Part shown: piece after piece, positions 47,796-56,790 of the stretch
How the letters are laid out: each line of letters starts with the position of its first letter
Position numbering within the stretch: position 1 is the stretch's first letter
From: Hyphomonadaceae bacterium
Lineage (GTDB): Bacteria > Pseudomonadota > Alphaproteobacteria > Caulobacterales > Aquidulcibacteraceae
Reading direction: 5' to 3'
Assembly (NCBI GenBank): GCA_009773395.1
Contig: WRPI01000007.1
Coordinates: 118,326-182,325, forward strand
Length of the DNA: 64,000 bases
Made by a program: the position numbers and the translations under genes
Notes under the pieces: generated by a model
The model's database searches: none
The model's input: only the letters and a program-made list of their open reading frames with translations
What the model was told of the DNA's origin: nothing

Positions 47796-47870
47796 CTAAG
47801 CCACTCTATCTTTCTTTCCCAAACAACACACCGAATGCAGATAGTTGATGAAACTTGAACGTCCGATCCG

Positions 47871-48908
47871 CTAAAGCGCGCGCGCCAATTTATCAAATTG
47901 CGCAATCGCGATATCTGGTGTGGCTGTTCCTTTGTCCGATGCAAGTCGCAAACTTGGATAAAAATTCACTTCACCCAAAAATGGAATATTCATGGCAATT
48001 GCGGCCGCTTTTGCACCGCCACGCCCAAATAAGTCAATTTCAGATCCAGTGGCCTCATCAATCAAAAGTGCCATATTTTCAATCATGCCAATGATTTCTA
48101 TGCCCGATTTTCTGAACATTTCCACGCCGCGCCGCACATCCGCCAGCGCCACTTCTTGCGGGGTTGATACCATTATCGCGCCGTCAATTCGTGCTTGCTG
48201 CGCGAGCGATAATTGAACATCGCCGGTCCCTGGTGGCATATCAAGAATTAGATAATCAAGTTCGCCCCAATTAACGCCTTGAAATAATTGGGTCAGGGCC
48301 TTGGTTACCATTGGCCCACGCCACGCCAAAGGCTGACCTTGGCCAATAATGAAACCCATAGACATTGCCGACACGCCGTGGGCACGCGCGGGAATTATTT
48401 TATTGTCATCGCCAACATCACATTGCATATCAGCGAGCCCCAACAAAGTAGGTATTGTAGGGCCATAAATATCGGCGTCCAAAATGCCCACACGTTTGCC
48501 GCTACGCGCCAGTGCCAGTGCCAAATTATAGGCGATTGTCGATTTGCCGACCCCGCCTTTGCCACTGGCAATTGCGATCAATTTGCCGATATTTTCGGGT
48601 CGGATTGAATTGAAATTTGGTGCCGTTCTTGGGGAAGCGGCAGGTCTATCGGGGGCGGGAGATGCGCGCTCATTATGGGTAGTCACCAAAATCGAGACGC
48701 GGTCTATGCCTTTGATTTTTGTGAGCGCCTGCGTGATTTTTTCACGCTCGGCCGCCAAATCATTATCGTGCCCGTGAGGCTTTTCAATTATGATGCGTAA
48801 TTGTTTATCTTTGATACTAAGACTAGTAATCAGACCAGATTCAACAAAATTGAGGCCAGAAACTGGTTCGATTATTCCCATTAGGGCTTTATTGATTGCG
48901 GTTTCCAT
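47871..48908 (-). CDS. mrp: Mrp/ApbC (NBP35) P-loop ATPase lacking the CxxC motif
   Basis: SGKGGVGKST, DADIYGP, WRGPM, DMPPGTGD, TPQEVALAD, IENM. Start ATG 48908. Confidence 0.93.
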   Translation of the reverse strand: METAINKALMGIIEPVSGLNFVESGLITSLSIKDKQLRIIIEKPHGHDNDLAAEREKITQALTKIKGIDRVSILVTTHNERASPAPDRPAASPRTAPNFNSIRPENIGKLIAIASGKGGVGKSTIAYNLALALARSGKRVGILDADIYGPTIPTLLGLADMQCDVGDDNKIIPARAHGVSAMSMGFIIGQGQPLAWRGPMVTKALTQLFQGVNWGELDYLILDMPPGTGDVQLSLAQQARIDGAIMVSTPQEVALADVRRGVEMFRKSGIEIIGMIENMALLIDEATGSEIDLFGRGGAKAAAIAMNIPFLGEVNFYPSLRLASDKGTATPDIAIAQFDKLARAL

Positions 48909-48931
48909 TTTTGCCTTTGTTGGGGATATAT

Positions 48932-49942
48932 TTAGAGAATAAATAGGATACCACACAGCACAACAATAAGCATCACCAATGTTTGCAAAACAACCATCAA
49001 AAGTGGCCGCCAACCGACGGCAACGATTTTTTTCAAATCAGTTTTCACACCAATCGCCGCAATCGAAATAAGCAACAGAGTCTTTGAAATTGAAGTTAAA
49101 CCATCAACCATTGATTTTGGCACGAGGTGGAAACTATTGACGATCGCGAAAATGAAAAAGGCAATCAAAAACTTGGGGAAGAATTGGGTTTTTGCGCCGC
49201 CTTCGCTCTTGATCTTACTACCAAGCCACAAATGGATTACCAAAACCATTGGCAGAAGCGCAGATACGCGAACCATTTTAACAAATGTCGCAGTGTCACC
49301 AGCTTTTTGTGAAATCGAGAAGCCAGCACCCGCGACTTGCGCGACATCGTGAATTGTGCCGCCTAATAATATGCCGGCATTTTCGTCCGACAAATGCAGA
49401 TAATGGGTCAATAATGGATAGACAATCATTGCCACAGTTGAAAGTGTGGTGACGCCAACAATTGTAACCGCCAAATCACGGTCTTCATTTTCGCGCTTTG
49501 GCAGAACAGGCGCGATTGCCATCGCTGCCGAGACACCGCAAACCGCCACCGAGCCAGCACTCAGAGCGCCAAACTCCTTGGTTTGGCCCAATGCTTGCGC
49601 GATCCAAACGCCGCTGAGCAAGACAATCGCCATCGCCGATAATACAATCATAATCGGAATTGGCCCAAGCGCCATTATATCGTCGAAAGCAATTCGAAAC
49701 CCTAAAAGCGCAATGCCAAAGCGCAGAACTTCGCGCGCCGACCAATTGACGCCGATTTTTATTTTATCAGATTCATAAAGAAAGTGCCCCGCAAGGCCAA
49801 GCAAAAGCGCTATCAACATCGATGGCGTGCCATAGCGAGCACCAATGAAAGTCGCCGCAATGCTCAATACAATAGAAATTGCGGCTCCGGGATAGAGTTC
49901 AGACATTCTTTGCTTGATTTTTTCCACTATCGCACCTGTCAT
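48932..49942 (-). CDS. YeiH / UPF0324 putative sulfate exporter
   Basis: LRFGIALLGFRI, GSVAVCGVSAAMA, GGTIHDVAQVAGAG, KMVRV; about 10 TM segments. Confidence 0.9.
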   Translation of the reverse strand: MTGAIVEKIKQRMSELYPGAAISIVLSIAATFIGARYGTPSMLIALLLGLAGHFLYESDKIKIGVNWSAREVLRFGIALLGFRIAFDDIMALGPIPIMIVLSAMAIVLLSGVWIAQALGQTKEFGALSAGSVAVCGVSAAMAIAPVLPKRENEDRDLAVTIVGVTTLSTVAMIVYPLLTHYLHLSDENAGILLGGTIHDVAQVAGAGFSISQKAGDTATFVKMVRVSALLPMVLVIHLWLGSKIKSEGGAKTQFFPKFLIAFFIFAIVNSFHLVPKSMVDGLTSISKTLLLISIAAIGVKTDLKKIVAVGWRPLLMVVLQTLVMLIVVLCGILFIL

Positions 49943-49996
49943 AAAACTATGCGGGGACTTTTCTCAAAGCCCCCGCAAACTAAGGTCATAAACTCA

Positions 49997-51289
49997 CTAA
50001 TTCCCGAACTTATGAACCCAACTAATAGTTGCCTCAAACTGGTGCATGTTTAGTTCAATAGTCTGCGATGGGTTTGGCCCCATTGGCGTAACTTCAATGC
50101 CGCGCACTTTTGTTTCAGGTGCATACATGAATGCCGCTTCAATCGCATTGCCATTGCCCATATCATGCGCAAAGCCGCCAGTTAAATGCAGTTCAACCAC
50201 ACCCGGTGCCAATATGTTCAAAGTAACATCTTCTGGGCCAATTGGGTTATTATTGGACGAAATGCCCGCGCGCCATGTCCATGCATCTGAGGCTTTATAT
50301 TCCATGCCAAATTTAACTGTATCGACATCGTCCCAACCAAAGCCCGGGCCATTGGCTGCACCAAATGGCAATGGCGTCTGCCCCGAATTGCCCACCGAAT
50401 TAACATCGGAATAGGAAATATGGCGATAGCCGAGCATCAAAGTCAGATTATCACTGGCATCCATCGCAAGGCCCAAGGAATAATTAGCAGGAATGTCAAA
50501 ATCGCCATGATCGGCAAAAAGCCCAGCATATGCATCAAATTCCGACATGTTAATCTTGGGCTGGAATACAGCGCCAATGCGGAAATTATCGCTTAAAGCG
50601 ATTTCTGCACCGAGGCGAACCCCAAAGCCAGACGACCAATCATAATTGCGATTAGTCATATTTGCAGGGCTCGAAGAAACGCCGGCAAATGCGCCAAGAC
50701 CCGAAGCCTTGAACGCCTGCAACACATAAGTTGGTGAAATCCCAATTGAAATTTGGTCATTCAAACGACGAGCATAAGTGCCCGATACATAAAGTTGATT
50801 GAGACTGACACCTGATTTACCACCGCAAAAAACGCCTGAACATGGAAAACCAACATTGCGCGGAAATACATCACCATAGGTGGTGTTCATGCCACCGTTG
50901 CCATAAGCGGCCAGCGAAATTGCCGAACTTGCGTCTAATTGGCGAACATAACCAAATGCCGGCACTGGGAAATAATCCTGCCCACTTGTGACTTCACCAT
51001 TTGGCGTAAATGCCCCAGCCATAGGCGCGGTTGTGCCAGTAAAGCCGCGTTTGGGGCTGAATAATGAAACCCCAATTTCAAGGACATCGCCTGCGCCCAA
51101 AATACCAGCAGGATTATTGGCAGATGCCAGTGCATTATGCGCATTGGCAACATCGGCGCCAGCAAGCGCTTTGGATGCCGCACCAACGCCATTCATAAAA
51201 TAGCCCTCAGTGGCAAAGGCAGGTGTGCCAGCGCCGACACCAATTAAGAGCGCCACCAAAGATATAGTCTTTATACTGATTTTTTTCAT
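49997..51289 (-). CDS. OmpP1/FadL/TodX-family outer-membrane channel
   Basis: Signal peptide, hatch region ALAGADVA...NNPAGI, beta-barrel strands, aromatic C-terminus (ISWVHKF). Confidence 0.88.
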   Translation of the reverse strand: MKKISIKTISLVALLIGVGAGTPAFATEGYFMNGVGAASKALAGADVANAHNALASANNPAGILGAGDVLEIGVSLFSPKRGFTGTTAPMAGAFTPNGEVTSGQDYFPVPAFGYVRQLDASSAISLAAYGNGGMNTTYGDVFPRNVGFPCSGVFCGGKSGVSLNQLYVSGTYARRLNDQISIGISPTYVLQAFKASGLGAFAGVSSSPANMTNRNYDWSSGFGVRLGAEIALSDNFRIGAVFQPKINMSEFDAYAGLFADHGDFDIPANYSLGLAMDASDNLTLMLGYRHISYSDVNSVGNSGQTPLPFGAANGPGFGWDDVDTVKFGMEYKASDAWTWRAGISSNNNPIGPEDVTLNILAPGVVELHLTGGFAHDMGNGNAIEAAFMYAPETKVRGIEVTPMGPNPSQTIELNMHQFEATISWVHKFGN

Positions 51290-51334
51290 TTATTCCTCCC
51301 CGAATGTTATGAAAATAGACGCTAAGTTAGTGCT

Positions 51335-51562
51335 TTAGCTCACTTTTTTTATTATGAAACTTAGGACATTCCCCTCTTGAGAATGTGACACCAATTCATT
51401 GCCTGTGGTTCTGCAAAATGCCTCAAAATCCTTTTGCGCAGCAGGGTCAGTTGCAAGAACTTCCGCGGTTTGCCCGTCTTCAAGTCCTTTAAGTGCTTTC
51501 TTCGCGTGTAAAATCGGCAATGGGCAGTTTAAGCCTTTGCAATCGACTAATACGTCAGCCAT
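51335..51562 (-). CDS. tusA: Sulfurtransferase TusA
   Basis: DCKGLNCPLP motif, LATDPAAQKDFEAFC. Confidence 0.95.
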   Translation of the reverse strand: MADVLVDCKGLNCPLPILHAKKALKGLEDGQTAEVLATDPAAQKDFEAFCRTTGNELVSHSQEGNVLSFIIKKVS

Positions 51563-51590
51563 ATTCTTGCTCCTCTGTTTATATTAAAAT

Positions 51591-52076
51591 TTAGATGTAT
51601 AAATTGATGTCAGATTTAAGCGCGTTTTCGAGCCAAGTCGCTGCGCCGCCATATTCAATGCTATCGAGCATATTGGCGCGATCATAATCAAATAAATCCA
51701 TAGTCATTTGGCACGCGATCATATTGACATCAGACAAAATCGCCGCCTCGCGCAAATCCTCGATGGAGGCGACGCCTTTCTTCTTAATCATGTCTTTCAT
51801 CATCATTGTGGTAAGGCCAGTCATGCCGGGAATCATGCCCATCATATTTGGCATTTTCATATGGCCGCCCATCATTGGCATTTCCATTGCCGAATTACCC
51901 AAAGTAGTTACGCTTAAGTCAAGCTCCTTTTTGAGCAAGCCCAAGCCATAAAAAGTGAAAAACATATTGACTTGGACATCCATTGCCGCAGCAGTTGTCG
52001 CCAAAATAAACGGCGGATAGGCCCAATCGAGCGTGCCTTTGGTTACAATAATTGTCATTGACTTAGCATTTGCCAT
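51591..52076 (-). CDS. dsrE2: DsrE2-type (DsrE/DsrF/DrsH-like) sulfurtransferase
   Basis: KGTLDWAYPPFILATTAAAM...FFTFYGL...MIACQMTMDLF...GGAAT. Confidence 0.9.
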   Translation of the reverse strand: MANAKSMTIIVTKGTLDWAYPPFILATTAAAMDVQVNMFFTFYGLGLLKKELDLSVTTLGNSAMEMPMMGGHMKMPNMMGMIPGMTGLTTMMMKDMIKKKGVASIEDLREAAILSDVNMIACQMTMDLFDYDRANMLDSIEYGGAATWLENALKSDINLYI

Positions 52077-52151
52077 TATGGGCCTCCCTTTGGTATCGCG
52101 GAATTGTCAGAAATACCGCAATCTTAGCTTTTTCTAATTTACCTTATCATA

Positions 52152-52167
52152 ATTAACTAATACAAAT
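52152..52167. promoter_or_regulatory. Candidate sulfur-regulon operator (ATTA-N8-RAAT) between dsrE2 and the deacylase
   Basis: ATTA-ACTAATAC-AAAT. Confidence 0.45.
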
Positions 52168-52217
52168 GAACAAGTGGGTATTTTAACTTTTCGCACAAGG
52201 CCATATTTGAGGACAAT

Positions 52218-53315
52218 TTGAGCAAAGCAATTTTCATTACCAACCCAATTTTCGCCAGTGATGCATGGGGAAATAATCACCCATTGGCGATTTCACGGCA
52301 AAGAAGTTTGCTCGATTTTTGTTCGGCGCTTGGCTGGACGAGTTCGCAGAATATGGCGATTTGTGACTTCGCATCGCTTAATCAATTATCGCAATTTCAT
52401 AGCGAAGAATATATTTTGGCGTTCCAAAAGGCATCGCGGGATTTGAAAATTGATGCCGCCGGGCGCGCAGAATTCAGCATTGGCACTTTGGAAAACCCTT
52501 TATTTGACAAGGTTTTTGAACGTGCAAGCGCCAGCGTTGGCGGCTCAATTCTGGCGGCCGAAATTGCGCTTGGCGGCAAAGTGGCGTTTCACCCCGCTGG
52601 CGGCACTCATCATGGACGCAAAGACAAAGCGAGCGGATTTTGCTATTTCAATGATCCAGTTTTTGCGATTTTGACTTTGTTAGAAGCGGGGCTTAGCCGC
52701 GTGCTTTATGTCGATATTGATGCCCATCATGGCGATGGCGTGGAACTGGCTTTCAAAGCGGATAAAAGGGTGCATATGGTATCTCTGCACGAAGAAAACC
52801 GCTGGCCCAATAGCGGGGCATTGAAAGACAATTGCGCACAAATTTGTAATTTACCCTTGCCAAAAGCCATAAATGATTCGGAATATGCAATTCTGATTGA
52901 CGCGATATGTGAAAAATACGTGGATTTTGACGCGCAAGCGATTGTCATTGTCGCGGGCGCTGATTGCCTCAAAGGCGACCCGCTTTCAACAATGGCGCTT
53001 TCCAATTTGGGGTTTGTGTCGGCAATTGAGAAATTATTGAAACTTGCGCCAGTGAAAATTGTATTGGGTGGCGGCGGCTATAATCCCTGGACGGTGACAA
53101 GAGCCTGGGCGCTTATTTGGGGACGCTTGGCGGGATTTGAAATTCCACTCGCCTTGCCGCCATCTGCGCGAGACGTTTTGAGTGGCCTTGAATGTGATTT
53201 AATTGACGAGGAAGATATATTACCCGAATGGCGTGATTCCATTCAGGACAAAGGCAATGCGGGCGAAATCCGCGATGAAATTAATATCCTCGTTGGCTCG
53301 CTATCAAAATTTTGA
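52218..53315 (+). CDS. Zn-dependent deacylase, histone deacetylase/AcuC family
   Basis: GGTHHG, SGFCYFND, YVDIDAHHGDGVE, SLHE, GAD...DPL, GGGGYNP. TTG start after GAGG. Confidence 0.93.
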   Translation: MSKAIFITNPIFASDAWGNNHPLAISRQRSLLDFCSALGWTSSQNMAICDFASLNQLSQFHSEEYILAFQKASRDLKIDAAGRAEFSIGTLENPLFDKVFERASASVGGSILAAEIALGGKVAFHPAGGTHHGRKDKASGFCYFNDPVFAILTLLEAGLSRVLYVDIDAHHGDGVELAFKADKRVHMVSLHEENRWPNSGALKDNCAQICNLPLPKAINDSEYAILIDAICEKYVDFDAQAIVIVAGADCLKGDPLSTMALSNLGFVSAIEKLLKLAPVKIVLGGGGYNPWTVTRAWALIWGRLAGFEIPLALPPSARDVLSGLECDLIDEEDILPEWRDSIQDKGNAGEIRDEINILVGSLSKF

Positions 53316-53351
53316 TTTGCATCTTGACAATTTGGCGTTAAATATAAGAAT

Positions 53352-53367
53352 ATTAGCAAATACAAAT
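53352..53367. promoter_or_regulatory. Candidate sulfur-regulon operator upstream of lipS1
   Basis: ATTA-GCAAATAC-AAAT, between a TTGACA hexamer (53328) and the GGAGG RBS. Confidence 0.5.
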
Positions 53368-53382
53368 ACTCGGAGGAAAAAA

Positions 53383-54417
53383 GTGAATTGGTTTTCACAG
53401 CTCGCAAATATTGAAGCTTTTGAAGATGCAGAATTTGACGCAGCTTTGGTAGCGCGGATGCAAGCTGCTGCGCCGCAAAATCAAAGCCGCGAATTACGTT
53501 TTTCAAGCCCAACTTTCAAAGAATATGAAACTTCGGAGCTTTCTGGCTGCAATAAAAATTCATTTCCAGCGTTTTCGATAACTGCGGCGGGGTGTGCGCT
53601 TAATTGCGATCATTGCCAAAAGAAAATCCTTGAACCTATGATTCCCGCCACCAATCCCGAAATGTTGGATAGGAAAGTACGCGATTTAATAATGCTGCAA
53701 AACCTCCAAGGGTTTTTGCTCTCAGGTGGATCCAACAAGCGCAATGAAATTAAATACGAAAGATTTTACCCGGTCGTCGAAAAATTAAAACACGACTTTC
53801 CGCATTTGAAAATAGCGATTCACACCGCTTTGACCGATGAAAAAGGCGCGAAAGCAATGGAATCGGCCGGGGTTGATACCGCCATGATGGACGTTATTGG
53901 CGCGCAAGAAACCATAAACCAAGTTTATCATTTGGACCGTACTGTTGATGATTTCGAGGCCACTTTGGCGGCATTGTGTGCGACTTCCATGGATATCGTT
54001 CCGCATATTGTGATTGGCCTACATTATGGCAAATTATTGGGCGAAAAGCACGCACTTGATATGGTTGCGCGTCACAATGTTAATAGCCTGGTTTTGGTAG
54101 TCATAATGCCGTTTTATGCCAAGACTGGCACTTTCATAACCCCGACAACTGGCGACGTTGGCGAAATTTTCCTTGAAGCCCGCACAAGATTGATGGACAA
54201 AAAAGTCCTTTTGGGCTGCGCGCGGCCCGCAGGATTGCACAAACGTGTCACCGATGCCTATGCAGTTATGGCTGGGCTTGATGGCATTGCTTTCCCGGCT
54301 GAAGGCGCAGTTAAAGTCGCGCAAATGGTCGGACGCAAATTTGAGCAGGCTCATTCTTGTTGTTCCATCAAAATTGGTGGCGGGGCAATCGAAGCCAAAA
54401 GGAGCTGTGCAGCGTGA
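53383..54417 (+). CDS. lipS1: Radical SAM protein LipS1 (lipoate assembly, sulfur-oxidizer type)
   Basis: CALNCDHC, LLSGGS, VPHIVIGL, C-terminal LGCARP and CC. GTG start 53383 after GGAGG. Position matches the known lipS1-lipT-lipS2-lpl-lipX order. Confidence 0.85.
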   Translation: MNWFSQLANIEAFEDAEFDAALVARMQAAAPQNQSRELRFSSPTFKEYETSELSGCNKNSFPAFSITAAGCALNCDHCQKKILEPMIPATNPEMLDRKVRDLIMLQNLQGFLLSGGSNKRNEIKYERFYPVVEKLKHDFPHLKIAIHTALTDEKGAKAMESAGVDTAMMDVIGAQETINQVYHLDRTVDDFEATLAALCATSMDIVPHIVIGLHYGKLLGEKHALDMVARHNVNSLVLVVIMPFYAKTGTFITPTTGDVGEIFLEARTRLMDKKVLLGCARPAGLHKRVTDAYAVMAGLDGIAFPAEGAVKVAQMVGRKFEQAHSCCSIKIGGGAIEAKRSCAA

Positions 54418-55523
54418 TTGCCGATATTTGCATAGTCGGGCTAGGGCCAGCGGGCGCAGAGGCTGCGAGAATTTGTGCAGGGGCGGGGCTATCCGTAATT
54501 GCTGTCGAGCGCAAAAAACAAGCTGGGCTTCCAGTGCAATGCGCGGAATTTGTGCCATCATTATTAAGCAGTGAAACCCTCGAAGCATTTCACAATAGCG
54601 TTCAATTGATAGATGATATGGTGACTTTCGTCGAAAATGATGCGCCCCACAACCGCGAAACATTTTCGGGCCGTATGATTGACCGCGCCAAATTTGACGC
54701 GGCACTTGTTGCCAATGCCAGACGGGCGGGCGCGAATATTATTTTGGGTGAAAATGTGGTTGAAATTTCAAAAAATGGTGAAATTTCTTTGGCGAATGGG
54801 CAAAAAATCCAAGCCAAAATCATCATTGGCGCCGATGGCCCACATTCGATTATTGGGCAAGCAATTGGGCAAATCAACCGCGAATGCCTCGAAACAAGGC
54901 AAATCACCGTTGAACTGAAAAACCCGCAAACTTCCACCGATATTTATTTATCACATAAATATAAGGGCGGTTATGCTTGGGTGTTCCCCAAGGGCAAAAT
55001 TGCCAATATTGGGCTTGGGCTGCACCAATCACAAAAATCCAAATTAAAGCCACTGCTTGAAGAATTGTGGGAACAATTGCGTGAACAATCATATGTCGGC
55101 AGTGAGATTATGGCAACTACTGGCGGCGCGATTCCAGTTGGCGGCATGTTGCGTCCCTTTGGACATTTAGGTGAAGTTTTGGTTTTATTGGCGGGAGACG
55201 CGGCAGGCCTAACCAACCCAATAACGGGCGCTGGCATTCCTGCTGCTGTGGTTTCAGGGGTATTGGCTGGGCAAGCTGCGATTGCTTCGCTCAAAGGCGA
55301 TGAATCTGCCGCAACCAATTATGAAGAGGAATTAGAAGACCTTTTTGGCACTTCATTGCACAGAGCCCGACGCCATTATTTACGGCTTTTGGCAATCCAT
55401 GAAAATGGCGGCAAACCAAATAAACTAGACTTAAAAAAGGCCTGGATTGCTTTCCCGGAATATTGGGAAAATCAAAAAAATATGAACGAGATTGGACAAG
55501 AACATGACTTGCTTGAAGCCTGA
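54414..55523 (+). CDS. lipT: FAD-dependent oxidoreductase, geranylgeranyl-reductase-like (LipT)
   Basis: VGLGPAG, PVQCAEFVP, IGADGPHS, YAWVFPKG, GDAAGLTNPITGAGI. GTG start overlaps the lipS1 TGA. Confidence 0.85.
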   Translation: MIADICIVGLGPAGAEAARICAGAGLSVIAVERKKQAGLPVQCAEFVPSLLSSETLEAFHNSVQLIDDMVTFVENDAPHNRETFSGRMIDRAKFDAALVANARRAGANIILGENVVEISKNGEISLANGQKIQAKIIIGADGPHSIIGQAIGQINRECLETRQITVELKNPQTSTDIYLSHKYKGGYAWVFPKGKIANIGLGLHQSQKSKLKPLLEELWEQLREQSYVGSEIMATTGGAIPVGGMLRPFGHLGEVLVLLAGDAAGLTNPITGAGIPAAVVSGVLAGQAAIASLKGDESAATNYEEELEDLFGTSLHRARRHYLRLLAIHENGGKPNKLDLKKAWIAFPEYWENQKNMNEIGQEHDLLEA

Positions 55524-56790
55524 AGCTGCGATTCCGCGCGCAACAACAAACAGCGAAAAGGACTATAATAGCCTTGACGTAATGAACCCGCGCGCACCCA
55601 TGCCGACACCCAAAGAATTGCGAAATGGCGGCCAAGTTAAAGCCAATGCCATTGCGCCGCGCGGCCTTTATCGACCCAATAATAATATTTTGACACCGCA
55701 AATGACTTCTCCCGAATATGTCCAATTATCAACTGCTGCCGCTTTGACCATGGGGCTGATGGACGGAAAAATGCACCGCTGCGAATGCACACGCTGCCTA
55801 AACATTCTTTTGACTTACCCTGAAGGATGCCGCGCCAATTGCGCTTATTGCGGCCTTGCCCGTCATCGTGAAGCCGAGCGCGATTATGCAGATCGCAATT
55901 TTATTCGCGTCGATTGGCCCGCCGTGCCGATGGAGCAAATCGCCGAAACTGTCGGACGCGACGCCGCCGCCAGCCCGTTTCACCGCATGTGCATATCCAT
56001 GATAACCCATCCGCGTTCCGATGAAGACACCATAACAGTGCTTAAAACTTGGACCAAATATGTTGACCCTGACGCAATGCCAATTTCAATTTTATCAAAC
56101 CCGACCACAATGGAGCGCAAAGACGTGCAAATGTTGCGTGATTTGGGATCGGATATATTCACTGTAGCGCTTGATGCCGCAACACCATTAATTTTTGACA
56201 AAACTCGGGGTAAAGGCGTGCAATCGCCGCATTCATGGCAAAAATATTGGGAAATTCTTGAAGACGCAAAAGACATATTCGGGCCGAAAAAATTTGGCGC
56301 ACACATAATTGTCGGTATGGGCGAAACTGAGTTTGAGATTTTATCGCTAATTCAGCAAATCGTCGATATGGGCGGTCATAGCCATTTATTCTGTTTTTAC
56401 CCTGAAAAAGGCTCATTGATGGATCACTTGCCAGCCACCCCAAGAGATCAATGGCGGCGCGTGCAATTGGCAAGATATATGATTGATTATTGCGGCGTTC
56501 GGGTTGAACAAATGGGTTTTGACAATGAAGGGCGTGTGATATCATACGGTCTGTCACAAGCCGAAGTTGAGATGACCATCAATAGTGGTATTGCATTTCG
56601 CACTTCAGGTTGCCCGGGCAAATTTGCAGACGATATTTCAGCTTGTGATAGGCCATATGGCGATAGCCCGCCATCAAATATTGCGAGCTATCCATTTGCG
56701 CCCGAAGCCAAGGATTTGCGCTTAATCCGCACACAATTGAATATGGAAAATCCTTTGGATCCCTATATTGAGGGCGAAGAACTTGAATAG
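55492..56790 (+). CDS. lipS2: Radical SAM protein LipS2
   Basis: GCRANCAYCGL, RMCISM, VALDAAT, FRTSGCPG...ACDRPYG. Start may be 55504. Confidence 0.85.
   Translation: MDKNMTCLKPEAAIPRATTNSEKDYNSLDVMNPRAPMPTPKELRNGGQVKANAIAPRGLYRPNNNILTPQMTSPEYVQLSTAAALTMGLMDGKMHRCECTRCLNILLTYPEGCRANCAYCGLARHREAERDYADRNFIRVDWPAVPMEQIAETVGRDAAASPFHRMCISMITHPRSDEDTITVLKTWTKYVDPDAMPISILSNPTTMERKDVQMLRDLGSDIFTVALDAATPLIFDKTRGKGVQSPHSWQKYWEILEDAKDIFGPKKFGAHIIVGMGETEFEILSLIQQIVDMGGHSHLFCFYPEKGSLMDHLPATPRDQWRRVQLARYMIDYCGVRVEQMGFDNEGRVISYGLSQAEVEMTINSGIAFRTSGCPGKFADDISACDRPYGDSPPSNIASYPFAPEAKDLRLIRTQLNMENPLDPYIEGEELE

Noticed and set aside
47648-47944. 98-aa ORF after mrp (and the 64-aa ORF 47562-47756)
   Set aside because: Both overlap a long palindrome that produces mirrored peptide text; no RBS or homology cues.
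54034-54705. 223-aa minus-strand ORF
   Set aside because: Antisense to lipS1/lipT with no domain signal.
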